From contig NC_057734.1 of NCBI RefSeq assembly GCF_004010195.1, positions 22,559,736-22,623,735 of the forward strand: 64,000 bases of DNA, written 5' to 3'. This DNA is from Chiloscyllium plagiosum. Taxonomy: Eukaryota. Below, in pieces: positions 1 through 13,082 of the stretch. Positions within the stretch are counted from its first letter, which is position 1. Every line of letters begins with the position of its first letter. The notes beneath the pieces are model-generated. The model did no database searches, was not told the DNA's origin, and saw nothing but the letters and a program-made list of their open reading frames with translations. The translations under genes and the position numbers were made by a program.

Positions 1-754
1 AGTTAAAGTGTACAGTTAGCATAATTTGAAGAAACAAGTATTTTGAAAAGACTTTAGCCTCCAGCAACATCTCCTTCGCAATTTCATGCACACTGCCTCC
101 TCTATAATAAACAACACAACAACAGACTTCATGCCAGAGTACTTCTGTACAAAATCAAAGCCAGTATTTTCAGCTGACACTCATAATGCTGTCCCCTTGC
201 CACCAATTCCAATCCATTTCCTGGTCGTTGTCTCAGGCTACACCCTACAGCTTGCAATTTGAACATTTTATTTCGCCTTTCATCAAGTTTCCAAAGAAAC
301 ATCTCCAACGCCAACACCACATAGTTGTACCTCATAAGATCATCCACATCTATCGCCATGTCAACCACCTGCAACTGATGCCTCGTACATAAAAGGTCAC
401 TTCCAGAGTTAATGGAGTAAAAAATAATTTGGTGCCTTATTTGAGCTTTTCATGGTCCAGAGTGTTGCAATCAACCTAGCTACTCTACTCATTCCCAGTT
501 CAGAATAGCTAAGTTAGCACAGGCCAGGTACCAAACATAGGAATTCTTACTCTGCAATGCATCTAACACTAAGACTCTGCAGGAGCACAGTGCTTTTTTA
601 AGCAGTCATTTTTTTTAGAAAACTCTAATTTTAGCAACAGCAAGAGCACACTCCAAAAAGAAGATAAGTGCTGGTCCTGTATCATTGTTGATTTTAATCC
701 ATTCACATGTAATTTCTTACTGTTTATCTGATAAAGGGATAACTCAACACTTAC

Positions 755-850
755 CCAGTTTAGACATTCTGTAGATGCATGGTCCACATCATAAGCTCGT
801 GAAGCTTCAGGCAGGGTAGTCCTTCTCGTGGGTCCTGCAGCTTCAACACT
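755..850 (-). CDS. Candidate 96-nt in-frame cassette exon (SVEAAGPTRRTTLPEASRAYDVDHASTECLNW)
   Basis: tctcttgtgttag acceptor and G|gtaagt donor. Only phase 0 is open, matching the phase-0 end of the upstream exon. No homology recognised. Confidence 0.25.
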
Positions 851-1089
851 CTAACACAAGAGACATTGTTAAAGTTGCACATTATAACACTTAAATAAAT
901 CAAGTTGCTGTCATTTTCACAATGTGCTTTCAAACTTAGATTAGACATCTATATTGAGGTTGAAACAGCATGTTTAGCTTCTGTTGCTCTGCACACAGCA
1001 GCAGTTGGCTTGATATTTGATCTAATAGCAAATATTGAAATTATTAATATTTGCTTGGTGATAATATCGACAATGTACATTAACTGACC

Positions 1090-2222
1090 ACACTCCACTC
1101 CTTTCTGAGCCCAGAGGTTGGCAGATTTAAGTCCCACTCAAAAGAATTCAGCCCAAATAAACCAGGTCTGGCAGCTTAGTTCCAGTACTGAGAGAGTTAG
1201 AACATAGAACAATATAGCGCAGAACAGGCCCTTCGACCCATGATGTTGTGCCGAACATTTGTCCTAACTTAAGTACCTATCCATGTACCTATCCAATTGC
1301 CGCTTAAAAGTCACCAATGATTCTGACTCTACCACTCCCACAGGCAGCGCATTCCATGCCCCCACCACTGGGTAAAGAACCTACCCCTGACATTCCCCCC
1401 TATACCTTCCACCCTTCACCTTAAATTTATGTCCCCTTGTAACACTCTGTTGTACCCAGGGAAAAAGTTTCTGACTGTCTACTCTATCTATTCCCCTGAT
1501 CATCTTATAAACCTCTATCAAGTCACCCCTCATCCTTCGCCGTTCCAATGAGAAAAGGCCTAGCACTCTCAACCTATCCTCGTACGACCTATTCTCCATT
1601 CCAGGCAACATCCTGGTAAATCTCCTCTGCACCTTCTCCAAAGTTTCCACATCTTTCCTAAAATGAGGCAACCAGAACTGCACACTGTACTCCAAATGTA
1701 GCCTTACCAAGGTCCTGTACAGCTGCAACATCACCCCACGACTCTTGAATTCAATCCCTCTGCTAATGAACGCTAATACACCATAGGCCTTCATACAGGC
1801 TCTATCCACCTGATTGGCAACTTTCAAAGAGCTATGAACATAGACCCCAAGATCCCTCTGCTCCTCCACCTTACTAAGAACCCTACCGTTAACCGTTAAT
1901 CCTGCATTCCGCACTATCAGGGGAGGCTTCCTTCAGATGAAATGTTAAATTGTGGCCCTTAGTGCCCCCTCATAAAGATCTGATTGCACAATCAGAAGTG
2001 GAAGTCTTGTCAGTTTCATGGCCAACATTTATATCTCAATTGATATATTATCTTGTCGTCATCACATTGATTTTTGTTTTCAGAATTTGCTCTGTGCAAA
2101 TTGGCAGAGCAGTTTCCTCTGTAAGAACAGTGACCACACTGCATAAGTACTTCATTAACTGCAAAGCACTTTGGAGAGCCCTGAGGTCACGAATGGTTCT
2201 TTATGGATGCACAATCTTTCTT
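1090..2222 (+). mobile_element. Deu-domain SINE (SacSINE1/AmnSINE1-like) split by a CR1 insertion
   Basis: tRNA-like head at about 1090-1196. The body resumes near 1912 with ctgtgcaaattggc...gtgaccacactgcataagtacttcatt...aaagcactttgg. Confidence 0.7.
1197..1911 (-). mobile_element. CR1 LINE 3-prime fragment
   Basis: ORF 1381-1914 carries CR1 ORF2 C-terminal motifs (RDLGV, LYRTLVRLHLEY, LEKVQRRFTR, GLFSLERRRMRGDLIEVYK). Short repeat tail at 1197-1215. Confidence 0.92.
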
Positions 2223-2574
2223 TGAATTGAACCTGCTTATAAACAAAGTGCAGTGGAGCACATACCCAGAGAGCTGCTTGCAGGATGAGAACATTAATAT
2301 GGTTCACATGAGGTAAGCTGCTCAAGTTCTGTATTCCTTGCTCATGACTATTACCTGACATTGCAAACATTTTGAAACTTTAGTTTTTGATTCCATATGA
2401 TACATAAACGGAGATTAAACAAATATAAACCAGCAGTGTCATTGAACCACCCGGGGGTGGAATCATTAACATATAGGTAGGTGTTTGTACTTCTGAGATC
2501 AGTCACAACTTGAATAAGTCATTAGAGCACCTAAAAGTGCCCCAGTACAATTCCCACATTTGCTTTCTGAAGAC

Positions 2575-2893
2575 TTAGATTAGATTAGATTACTTACAGT
2601 GTGGAAACAGGCCCTTCGGCCCAACAAGTCCACACCGACCCGTCGAAGCGCAACCCACTCAGACCCATTCCCCTACATTTACCCCTTCACCTAACACTAT
2701 GGGCAATTTAGCATGGCCAATTCACCTAACCTGCACATTTTTGGACTGTGGGAGGAAACCGGAGCACCCGGAGGAAACCCACACAGACATGGGGAAAATG
2801 TGCAAACTCCACACAGTCCTGAGGCGGTAATTGAACCCGGGTCTCTGGCGCTGTGAGGCAGCAGTGCTAACCACTGTGCCACCGTGGTGCCCA
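2575..2893 (-). mobile_element. HE1-type V-SINE
   Basis: tRNA head with A box TGGCACAGTGG and B box GGTTCAATT, V-domain core, CR1-like tail and (TCTAA)n. Near-identical copies at 56415 and 61849. Confidence 0.9.
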
Positions 2894-3236
2894 ATTAGGT
2901 GCTGTTGGATCTATCGCTCTACTATTTGGTTGCTTGGCATAGCCCAGAAATATTCATAAGACCTGCCCCAAACTGTTTCAACATTCAGATAGGGTAGAGA
3001 AGGCTTTATATGGACCAGAAGGGTGGAGGGCTCTGCAAAGGACATACGTGGCCTTGTGAAGTCTTACTAGGCAGCTATTTAGGTCATGCTGTCTCATGCA
3101 GCTTTCTACACTTCAGGAGGAAGGACATGCACAGAATCTAAGGGTCTATATCCCACCTTTGAGGAGGGGGATTGAAAATTCCTCAGAAGGTTCACGGTCG
3201 CATTACTCCCCTGCACCCTCCACCGGTGCACTCCTA

Positions 3237-4075
3237 CATTGTAGAATTTCTTAGGTTACAGGAGGATATCGATGAAGTAGTCAGAGGGCAGATCAGTGGC
3301 AGGTAGAATTTAACCCTGATTAGTGTGAGGTGGTGCGCTTTGAAAGAAGTCACAAGACAGGGGAGTACTCAATGAAAGGTAGGACACTAGGAAGCTCAGA
3401 GGAACAGAGGGATCTTGAGGTAGTTGACCACAGATCCCTGAAGGCAGCAGGATAGGTTGACAGGGTGGTTAAGAAAGCATACATATCAGTCATGGCAGAG
3501 ATTATAAGAGCAAGGAGGTTATGTTAGAGCTGTTCAGGAATCTGGTTCAGCCACTGGAGCACTGTGTTCCATTCCGGTTACCATAATAGAGGAAGGATGA
3601 GATGGCACTGTTTGGGATGCAGAGGAGTTTCACCCAGAGTGTTGCCTGACACAGAGCTAATTAGCTAGGAGGAGGGGCTGGTTATTTTCGTTACAGCAGA
3701 GAGGGGACCTGATTGAGGTATATACAGTTGTGAGGGGCATGAACATGGCAAACAGAAAGCAGCTGTTTCCCTTAGTTGAAGGATCAATACAAAGGGGCAT
3801 CATTTTAAAGTGAAAGGCAGGAGATTTGGAGGGAATTTGAGGAAAAACAAATTCAGAGTGTGGTGGGAATTTGCAATGCACTGCCTGGGAGACTAGTTGA
3901 GGAGGGAAACCTCGCAACCTTTAAAACGTTATTGGATGAGCCCTTGAAATGTTGCAAAATGCAAGGCTATGGGCCCAGCGCTGGAAAATGGGATTAGTGT
4001 CGATTTGGAGTGTTTCTTTGGTACAGAATTGATGGGCTAAATGGCCTCTTCTGTACTATATGATTCTATGAGTCT
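3237..4075 (+). mobile_element. Decayed CR1 LINE 3-prime fragment
   Basis: CR1 ORF2-like motifs, ending tatgattctatga. Confidence 0.8.
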
Positions 4076-4454
4076 GAGGTTGGGTATTCATTCACAATCT
4101 AAGGAAGGCTGTGACATCTGGGGCCTCTGACAGTCAGAGGACTGGGAGAGACCACACTAAACTGATCACAGGCCTCAGGTGTTTGCCAGACAGACTATGC
4201 TGCATATGCAGAAACTGTGTATGACCACATGTGAATTATAGGAAAGTCTATCCATGCTGTGAGTGCTGCTCTGTCTCAGATACACATACATGCGGCCAGC
4301 GCCATCAAGAGATTGACAATGGACAGCCATGGGCAGCAGAACAGTCAATGGATGTTGGAAATGTGTTTAGACTTGCATCCCATAGCCTTGGTTCTCTGTA
4401 ATGGCAAGGTTAGACAGGACAGAGGCTTATAGCCTCCTCCAGCTCCAGAAGATA

Positions 4455-4750
4455 GGGAGGCAATGGTCTAGTTATATTATTGCTGGACTGTCAATCCAGA
4501 GAGCCAGATAATGTTCTGGGCATCCACCACAGCCAATGGTGGAATTTGAATTCAATAAGCTGGAATGGAATCCACTGTCGATTGCCAGACAAGCCCAACT
4601 GATTCACTAATGCCCTTTAGGGAAGGAAACTACCACCCTTAACTGGTCTGTCATACATGTGACTCCAGATCCACAACAATGTGGCTTACTCTTAACTGCC
4701 TGTGGGATGGGCAATAAGTGCTGGCCTAGCCAGGGATGCCCTCATCCCGC
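4455..4750 (+). mobile_element. tRNA-derived SINE with LINE-shared tail (gggcaataagtgctggcc); minus-strand copy at about 12175-12515
   Basis: Body ggaatttgaattcaataa...agggaaggaa...acatgtgactccag...actcttaactgcc. The same tail ends LINE fragments near 18720 and 29225. Confidence 0.7.
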
Positions 4751-5029
4751 AGGGAGGGAGGGCAGTCCACCAGCCAAAAAGCTCAGAATGTGGACAGTGG
4801 CTCCTCAGTCCCTCTGTCAGTGACCACAATGTCTCCAGTAGCTGTGATGATTCTGGCCCTGTGAAGGATCATGGCAGGGTCCTTCAAGTCTCAGGCAGCT
4901 AGAGGACAGCTGCCAACGTCATCCCAGGCTATAAGGCAGCCCCCTCACTTACTGCCCTCCACTCCAGCCGTAAATGCAGGGGAAATACTCCATGGCAGCA
5001 CTTCCAATAAGAAAGAAGTTACATGAGGG

Positions 5030-5232
5030 ATAAAAGCACAAAGTGCGAGAAATCCTCAAGGTCCAGCATCATCTGGGGACAACAATAGCGTTAACATTTT
5101 GAGGTGAATTATAATTCTTCCTTAGAGCATATTGGACTTAAAACATTAACTCTGTTGCTCCAAGATGCTGCCAGACCTGTTGAGTTTCTCCAGCATTTCC
5201 TGTATTTGTTTCTGATTTCCAATGTACGCAGT
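5030..5232. mobile_element. Old fold-back element resembling PLE terminal repeats
   Basis: Imperfect inverted arms (cagcatc...gttaacattt / aacattaac...gatgctg). Confidence 0.5.
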
Positions 5233-5754
5233 ATTTTGCCTTTAGTTTAGCTGCACAAAATCCTCGTTGCTGTTGAAGGGTGTTGGCACCATTTTCAATA
5301 AATAATTGACAGGTTTAGGGTTGCTGATGCAGTGAATGCTGTCTTATCTAAAGCTGAAGCCTGCTCTCCCACTCCCCCGCACCCCCCACCCCTCACTCTG
5401 TCTGTGTCAGGAACAGGCCGAGTCTCCTCAGATGTGGCAAGGGGATAAGTAATGATGAGATGAAGAATGTCATGTCAAAGTAGGCAGAAGTCTTTATTGC
5501 ACGGGCATTTCTGGAGCATCGCAGTTGCAGGAAGCATGTAATGGGATTGTTCCCTTGTAATCATTGCTCAGGCCCCGATACATGGGAGTCACTGACCAGT
5601 CCTGTCTGTTCTGACCCTCCTCCACAAATGCCTCATCCAGTAAAGAGTTCTTCAAATCCTCTAGTTGCAAGGGCCCTCCCACTCCACAGGACACAGCAGA
5701 TGATGATAATATGGAAGACCCTCACAGTATAGGCTGGAATGTCATCCTCAGCAT

Positions 5755-5942
5755 TGCTGCGCTTGTGGTTCACTCAAACCAGAAATAGAACACGAGGTAG
5801 ACGGAAGGTAAACCTGAACAGGGAATACTTTATTGTGCATCTGTTCAGCTCCATAGTATGATCTAGACTGCGTCCTGCCATCTCCAGCTTTCAGGTCACC
5901 TGACCTGCTCTCTTAAAGGAGAAACAACCAACTACACACATA
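5755..5942 (-). repeat. 3-prime LTR of the Gypsy element, with adjacent polypurine tract
   Basis: Shares gtggttcac...aaccagaaatagaacac...ctcttaaag...ccaactaca with 9806-9988. The tttccctttccc at about 5943-5954 is a minus-strand PPT. Confidence 0.85.
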
Positions 5943-8900
5943 TTTCCCTTTCCCAATATATACATCTAACAACTATTATACAAGCACTGTGGCTAACATA
6001 TAAATATTGTCAGGAATATTTCCAAAAACATGGAAAAGAAAATGACTCTTCCGTTGTTTACACAAACATGATCAGTCTCTCAGGAGGATTGCGATTCCTA
6101 GGAGACCATTTCCTTGCCTCAAGAACCTTTTCTGGTGTAGTCTCCCAGACTGCCAGCAGCTCACATTGTTCTGTTGGTAGCCCTCTGATTGGCTGCTATT
6201 GCCCTAAGATGCTGTTATTGGCCCTCCCTGGGTATGGTCAGCCCTGGCTCAGAGACACATGATTTGGTCGTCACCCCTGGCCCCATCTGGCCAGCTCAGT
6301 GTTATGAGGGACATCCCCCATTGCTGAGGTGCAGTGACCAGCTGGTTCATGTGTCTCCTCCAGGCCAGTTCATCCCGAGTCTGTACCGAATAGGACAACA
6401 ATCCTGTTTGAGCCACCCCACCACAGGGATCGATTTTTCCCCAGACATCTAATTCTGGGCCAACACGGAATACTCCTCATTAGAATACCTCAACTGCAAG
6501 GTTCCTACCCTTCTGGCCATCTGTCTTTCATGATTTCGCTCTACCATCTGTCAGGTCTCTTCCGGCCAAACAGTAAGCCAAACACGGTTCTCAGCTGGTA
6601 GTTGAAGATGAAGGATACTGGTGAGCACTGGGTCATCGTGTGTGGCGGGTTCCTCTACATGCTGAGGAACTTGTTAATTCACTGTTGTAGTGACCCCTCC
6701 CTTTGTGAGGCCTTTAAGGCCAACTTCAAGGTTTGAACAAATCTCTCCACCTGGCTGTTCATCACAAGGTGATATGGAGCCGATCTCACATGTATGACTC
6801 CAGCTACACTTGCACAACAAACTGTGGACCATTGTCACTCAGAACTTGCTTATGGTTCCCAAACCTGGCAAATATTTCATCCAGTCAGTATATTGTTGCT
6901 TCTGCTGATACTGACTTTGTGCCCACCAGCTCAAGTCACTTGGAGCGGGCATACATGACCACAAGTAGGATCTGTTCCACCTACTAGTCTGGCAAAATTG
7001 ATGTGAATCTGCTGTCATGTTGTTTAAGGCTGTTCCCAAGGGTGAAGGGGTGAAAACAGCAGCACCTTCCTTACTAATGCACAGGATTCACAGGATTCCA
7101 CTTTCTCCTCAATCTGGGAGTCCACCTTCAGCCGAAAGTAGCTCGTGGCTCTCTCCTTCATTGGCACCTTGCCTGTTGCCTTGTGCACATTCCAGCATTT
7201 TTCCTCTTAACTGGGATGAATAACAAATCTCATTCCCCACATTAAACACCCATCTGATAGAGACAACTCCCACATCCTGGACAGGTAAGGGGATAATTCT
7301 AGGTGAGTTCTATGACAAGTCCTTCCTCTCAGGACTAAATCCATGATACAGCTCGAGACCGGGTCATTCCAAGTAACATTCTGCACTGCCTTGCTGACAT
7401 GGGTACCTTGTCTTCCTGCATAGTTTTCAGGTTCCAGTCAGAAACACCCTCATTTTCCAGCAGTGGTAGCTTTAACAAAGCATCTGCATTGCCATGTTTC
7501 TCTGCCTGTCGGTATTCGATCTGTGACTGACAAAGCCAGTGCCCATCTCTGCAGGTGTGCTGCCGCATGGTTGCCACATCTGCCATGAACTTGCCATCGT
7601 AATTCACAAGTCTCAAGAACGATCTTAGTTGAGACACATTCTCTGGTCTGGAGCATTCCTGATAGCCTCCATCTTCTTGGGAGCCTTGTGTAGTCCTTTG
7701 CCATCGATTACATGGGCCAGGTACTCTATGGCATCCTTAAAAAAAATTGCATTTTCCATTTTTACTTGTAGTCTGTGTTCCTGCAACCTTTTCAGGGTTT
7801 CTTCTGGGTTTTTCCAAATACTCCTCTTTGGAGGTTCCAGATAACATCGGACACTTGGCAATCCATCACAATGTGGTCTATCCCTCTGAAATAGAGCCAG
7901 CACTGACATGATGCCAAAAGGAAGTCACTTGTAGTGGAACAGTTCCCTGTGTGTCACTGTCATCAGTGGCGGCTGGGACTCCCTAGTGACCTCCATCTGT
8001 AAGAAACCTGCGACAGATCAATTTTTGAGAATTTTGTTCCCCAGTCAGAGTACTAAACAGGTCCTCAATGTGTGTAAATGGGTATTGATCCACACTCAGG
8101 GCTAGGTTGACTGTGGCCTTAAAGACACCACAAACCCTCACCATACCATCTATTTTTAAGATTGGGATGATTGAAGTGACCTATTTTTTGGTGGTTATGG
8201 TTCCAATGCTCCCAGGTTCGCCACCCATTGCAGTTCCACCTCCACTTTATGTCATTAAAGTATTGGACATGCCTTCAGACACCTTGAATGAGGCTCCTGC
8301 TTCAAACAAAGTTTAATTTCTGCTCCTTTCATTTCCCCCTTGAAGCCATCCTTATATCTTTCCAAAATTTCTTGCAACCTCATCTTTGAGTCCACTGGCC
8401 TATTAACCATGCCCCAATTTCTCTATAATTTCTGTAACCTGGAGTGTCTGAATAACGCAGGGCAGTCGCCTTTCACTATGTACAAAGGCAGTTCAGCACA
8501 CTGCTCTCTTAGCTCCACTGTGGCCAACACATAGGCCTTCAGTGGTACCACTTGTTCTGTGTATGTCCAGAGTATAACCTCGGCAGGCTTCAATGGCAAA
8601 GCCTTTAACTTTTCCCTAAATATTGATTCAGACATCACTGCTTCTTATCCACTTCCAACTCTACTGTCTTCCCCTCTAATTTGGGAAAAACCCAGAAATG
8701 ATCAGCTTCTTTCCACACCGACAGAATGTTTAACTGAAACTCTGCCAACTTGGGGCATTCTGCTTCTCCCACAGACCGTGCTGACCCCCAGACTACTCAC
8801 TGGCTGGCGATATGTACCTCGTGCCATGTCCTCTGAATTATCTCCTTCAGATACCCCTTCTCTTGCTTTAGTTGTACCCAGCTATTTCGGGCATTATGGC

Positions 8901-9786
8901 ACACTCACTTACACTGGCAGCACTGAGCTTCTCAAGTCCAACACGTTGATCTCTTGTGGCCGCTCTTGCCATGTCGGTAGCATTCTATGGTTGGTACAGC
9001 ACTCTGCCGGATTTCCACTACTTTATGCCCCAGGGCATCATCACTCATTGGGTTGCTTTTCCACCGGCAGCCAATTCCATCTCGCAATTTCAAAACCTGC
9101 TTTGAAATCCAGGTTTGTCCTTCCTAGCAGCTTCTACTGGATGGCTTCATATTGAAGGCCACAAACCAACACAAGGCATCTTGGAGGACCCCGCCGAATT
9201 CGCAATGACTTGTTAACCTCTTTAAGGTGGCCATAAATTGGGCGATGGACTCTCCTATGTGCAGTACCCATTTATAAAAACATTATAAAGAAACATTCCG
9301 CGATCATCAATGGCTTTGGTGCAAACTAACTTTCCAACATTCCATGTTGTTCTGGGCATACAGGTTTCTCTGTTTGTACCTGACTCCTTACAATCGCCAT
9401 GGTCTTACTCCCTCTGGTACTCAAGAAAACCAGTACCATTATGTCTTCAGCCACCTTATTCACTGCGTTGTGCGCAGGGTCCAATATTCTGTCTCTTGGT
9501 CAAATGGTCCCATTGCTCCAAATTGGCCCGTCATTTTGTTTTCCTGCCACACGGTCTAGTGGTTGTTCGCAGCCCGAGTCCTCTCAGTGAACATTCTCTG
9601 TGCCGGCCACTCCCTCCCCAACTTTGAAAATGTACTATTTTTCTCTAGTCTCGCCCGTAGCCTGAGTCCCCTTATGACTGTTCCCCGCAATATTACCTCC
9701 ACAATTCCATGATATTTTCAGAGTGTGGGCAACATCCTTCTTCCCAACAATCGAAAGTAATGTTCACACGTGATTTGTGGCGTTGA

Positions 9787-9988
9787 CCCAACCCTCGTTG
9801 TCATCTGTTGTGTTTGTGGTTCACGAGAACCAGAAATAGAACACAAGGTCGCTGGTGGGTAAATTAGAACAGAGAATACCTTATTGTGCGTGGTCTGAGC
9901 TCCACACCTGACCACCCCTCTAGTTCCCCCCTCTGTACATGGGTACATTCTCTTAAAGAGCCACACACATCCAACTACATACATAACA
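9787..9988 (-). repeat. 5-prime LTR plus degenerate tRNA-Ser(GCU)-type primer binding site
   Basis: Minus strand at 9803-9787 reads TGACAACGAGGGTTGGG versus TGGCGACGAGGATGGG, the complement of the tRNA-Ser(GCU) 3-prime end. Confidence 0.75.
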
Positions 9989-10570
9989 AGCATGTCTGCT
10001 TGAAGGTTGCTCAGGTGAGCACTGGCTGACACTGTCATGCTCCTCGGTTGCGATACTGCAATGCATTGAGCAGATAACCTGATGTCTCTCCTCTGATCCG
10101 ATGGCCCACGATGCCTGTGCACTGTGTATTTTTTTCAAAACGGCAAATGGCTTCAGCAGGGTTGTACTGAAAGTCAATGATAACCGGTACAATTGTCTTC
10201 CTGTCCCTGGAGTGCCAACATCACATTGTCAGGCTTTCCATCCAGCTCATCTCCTTTCAGTTCGACAGCAGCAGCACCCCAGCCCTGCCTCAAAGCTGCT
10301 CCTGAGGGTCTCAGTACAATCACCCTTTACCTACATGGTATTCAAAGGTCAATGAATGAAAAAAACATTACAATAAGTGCCTGTCATTCGAAAAGAACAA
10401 TATTTAAAGGGTGTGGATGCCACTTTCAGGAAGTTTAAAATCTGAAAGGAATGCAGAATGGCAATGAACATTTCAACTGACAGCCCTATTTATCTAAACT
10501 CTATAGCTTCTCAATTTATAAAGCCATCTGAAGACCTTTGTTGCTTGTTTGTAACGATCTTGCTGATATA

Positions 10571-10582
10571 TGACAGCTGTCA
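10571..10582. promoter_or_regulatory. Palindromic TGACAGCTGTCA (TGIF/MEIS/PKNOX dimer motif)
   Basis: Exact 12-bp palindrome in a repeat-poor stretch, with extra TGACAG half-sites near 10478 and 11014. Confidence 0.35.
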
Positions 10583-10781
10583 GGAAAGCAGAGATCAGGC
10601 AGCCTCCACAGTGCAGTAAAGGTGATAAAATCTTTAGGATCCTCCAGGTATAATATTACAATCACTTATCAATTACATTATACTTTCTGCTTCATTGTAT
10701 CTTTCTCTTATGCTCAAATGTCTTATGCTGTTTTTCACCAATTTACAATTGCTGAAATCAAAATAGGTGTTATCATTTTAA

Positions 10782-10862
10782 ATGGCTATTCTTCGAAATG
10801 GCTTCAAGTTCAATTTCGGCTTGTTTGAGAAGTACGCCCATCATTCTGTTGCTGCAGTGCAG
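10782..10862 (+). CDS. Candidate exon 1 of a nested antisense small ORF
   Basis: ATGs at 10782 and 10798 (gaaATGG), both open to a CAG|gtaagc donor. Confidence 0.25.
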
Positions 10863-13082
10863 GTAAGCAAGGTGTATAACATAATGTGCTCAAGAAACGA
10901 TCTGCCTATACTGCCAGCTATTTACATTTCAATATCCGTGTGGCTTTTATGTGCACTGCTGCAGGAGACTAACGAGTTGCCTCTGGACTGGGTTTAACCT
11001 GCCCAGAACTCTGTGACAGCTCAGATTCCAAACCTGACTGATACTCAACAGAGGCAAAGTTTCCTTATTGGGACATCAATCTCAGTGCCAGGAGGCTTCT
11101 AAGGGTGGAATATTGAAAAAGTCATTAGCTGCATAATGAGCTCATCAAATGTGTCAAGTAAAAGCAAGAAACTACAAGAAATACACAAGTCAAGTCGATC
11201 TGAAGGTGCCATCAATTGAAACGCTTTAGTGCACTGTGGAAATGCTGTCTTGCATTCAGTGCAGCGTAAAATTGATATCTGTTGTGTAACAACATAGGCA
11301 AAATATCTAAATAAAGCACACAGCAACAACAATAAGACAAGATGCTTCATGTGAAAACAAATCTGGGACAGTTATCAGTGCATGTCCCGATCATTATTAT
11401 TGGTTAAGTTTAACTGGAAAAATCGTATTAAAGACACAATTCCACAATTATTTCCTAGTTGTCACATTTGAGCACTATTCCTTGCTTTGTGTGTTAGCCC
11501 TCACTTTATTTGGTCTAACTTTTGCCAAATTTCTCTGCTATCTTAAAAAACACAAACCGCCTGTTTCCTCAGAAGCAGACACCACCAGTCAATGCAAACT
11601 GTAAGAAACACTGAGTGAGTCACTACACTCTATGCCATCCATTTATTTAATAAGTAAGAAACAAACACTGATTTATTGCCTCACTGACAAGTCAGCAGGA
11701 ATCCAAAGAAGAGTATTTCTCAATAAATTTCCATGACATTTCTAGCAACTTAAGAGTAATTTCCATTTGCCCAAAACTCATATAAATGCAAAAGGTTTAG
11801 CTTGATTTATGAAATCTATCTTAAACCATAGCAGTTTGGGGTGGAAGGGGTTCAGTGGCCTGCTTTGTGCTGTAGCTTAAAACCTCTCAGTGGCATGTGG
11901 AGTTTTACTCAGAGGTGAGGAAGGAGAGGTACTGGACTGAGGAGGCCTCCCTCAGGACCTGTCAGATTTAACAATGGGAACTCAATTGATCTGCTTTCTC
12001 TGCAGCCAGATTGAGAGGTTTGTCATTTTCTGGTGCAGGTAGGTCACAAATCAGGGAATGAATCAGAGATCACTGGGGTGAAGGTGGTCAGCGGAGCCTG
12101 GGATTCCAGGGATTAAAAACCAGAGACTCCTGAAGGTGAGGGGTGTACGCAAGGTCAAAGGCTGGAGCCTTGTTTTGATTCATTCATGAGAGTGTAGGCA
12201 TTTCTGGCTCAGCCAGCATTTAATGTCCAGAGGGCAGTTAAGAGTCAACCACATTACCGTGGTTCTGGAGTCACATGTAGGCCAGACTGGGTAAGGATAA
12301 CAGATATTCTTCCCTGAAGGAATTTAATGAACTAGATGGGTTTTTACCAACAATTGGCAATGATTTCATGGTCATCATTAGACCATTCATTTCATAGTCT
12401 TTATTGAATTTAAATTCCACACCTGACATGGCAGGGTTTGAACCTGGGTCCCCTGAACACACCTAGGTCACTGGATTAACAGAGCAGTGATTATACTACT
12501 AGGCCATTGCCACCTACAAGATAAGAAAATTTGTGGGACAACTGGGATGAGGATGGGAAGGGTTGAAGAGTATCCAAACAGAGCTTAGATTCCCTGTTCC
12601 TACCCTACCATTAACCAACTGGAGGGCACTGACTGTCAAACCAAACCCAAGAGACAGAATGAAAGATATCTTTATTTATAGAGTTTATTAATTACTCAGT
12701 CTTACAGTTCCACCCACACACCAGCTTCACAGAGTCCCCCTTCTTACCTACCCAGTCAATTAACAACAATCATCTGTTTAATACTTGCAGTGTTACCATT
12801 TACAGCTTTATAGGCAAAGGGTAAGGGTAAAGGAATATGGCAGGTCAACATTAAACTTGAAATCGTGAAAGACAATGTATCTACCAGCTTGACTGTAATT
12901 TTAAATTCCCAGCCTGCCTCCTGCTGGCAGCTTGGCCACACACTTTCTCCCCATCTCTTGCGCACACACACACACCGCATTACCCCCTCCACCCAATGTT
13001 TGGGTTTTTAATTCCTTATGTTCCAATCTAATACAAATTTCCCCTATTTGCAGGGAGGGTGATGTTAAATTGCTCCAGAAAT

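Larger units (their letters stand above)
5755..9988 (-). mobile_element. Complete but decayed Ty3/Gypsy (Mag-like) LTR retrotransposon
   Basis: TG...CA ends and AGCAT TSD at 5750-5754 and 9989-9993. LTRs at about 5755-5942 and 9806-9988. Protease (8423-8638), RT (7625-7909, IEYLAHVIDGKGL) and integrase-like (about 6600-7050) remnants lie in Gypsy order with many frameshifts. Confidence 0.92.

Noticed and set aside
8559-9155. 198-aa plus-strand ORF
   Set aside because: Antisense shadow of the decayed Gypsy gag/protease region.
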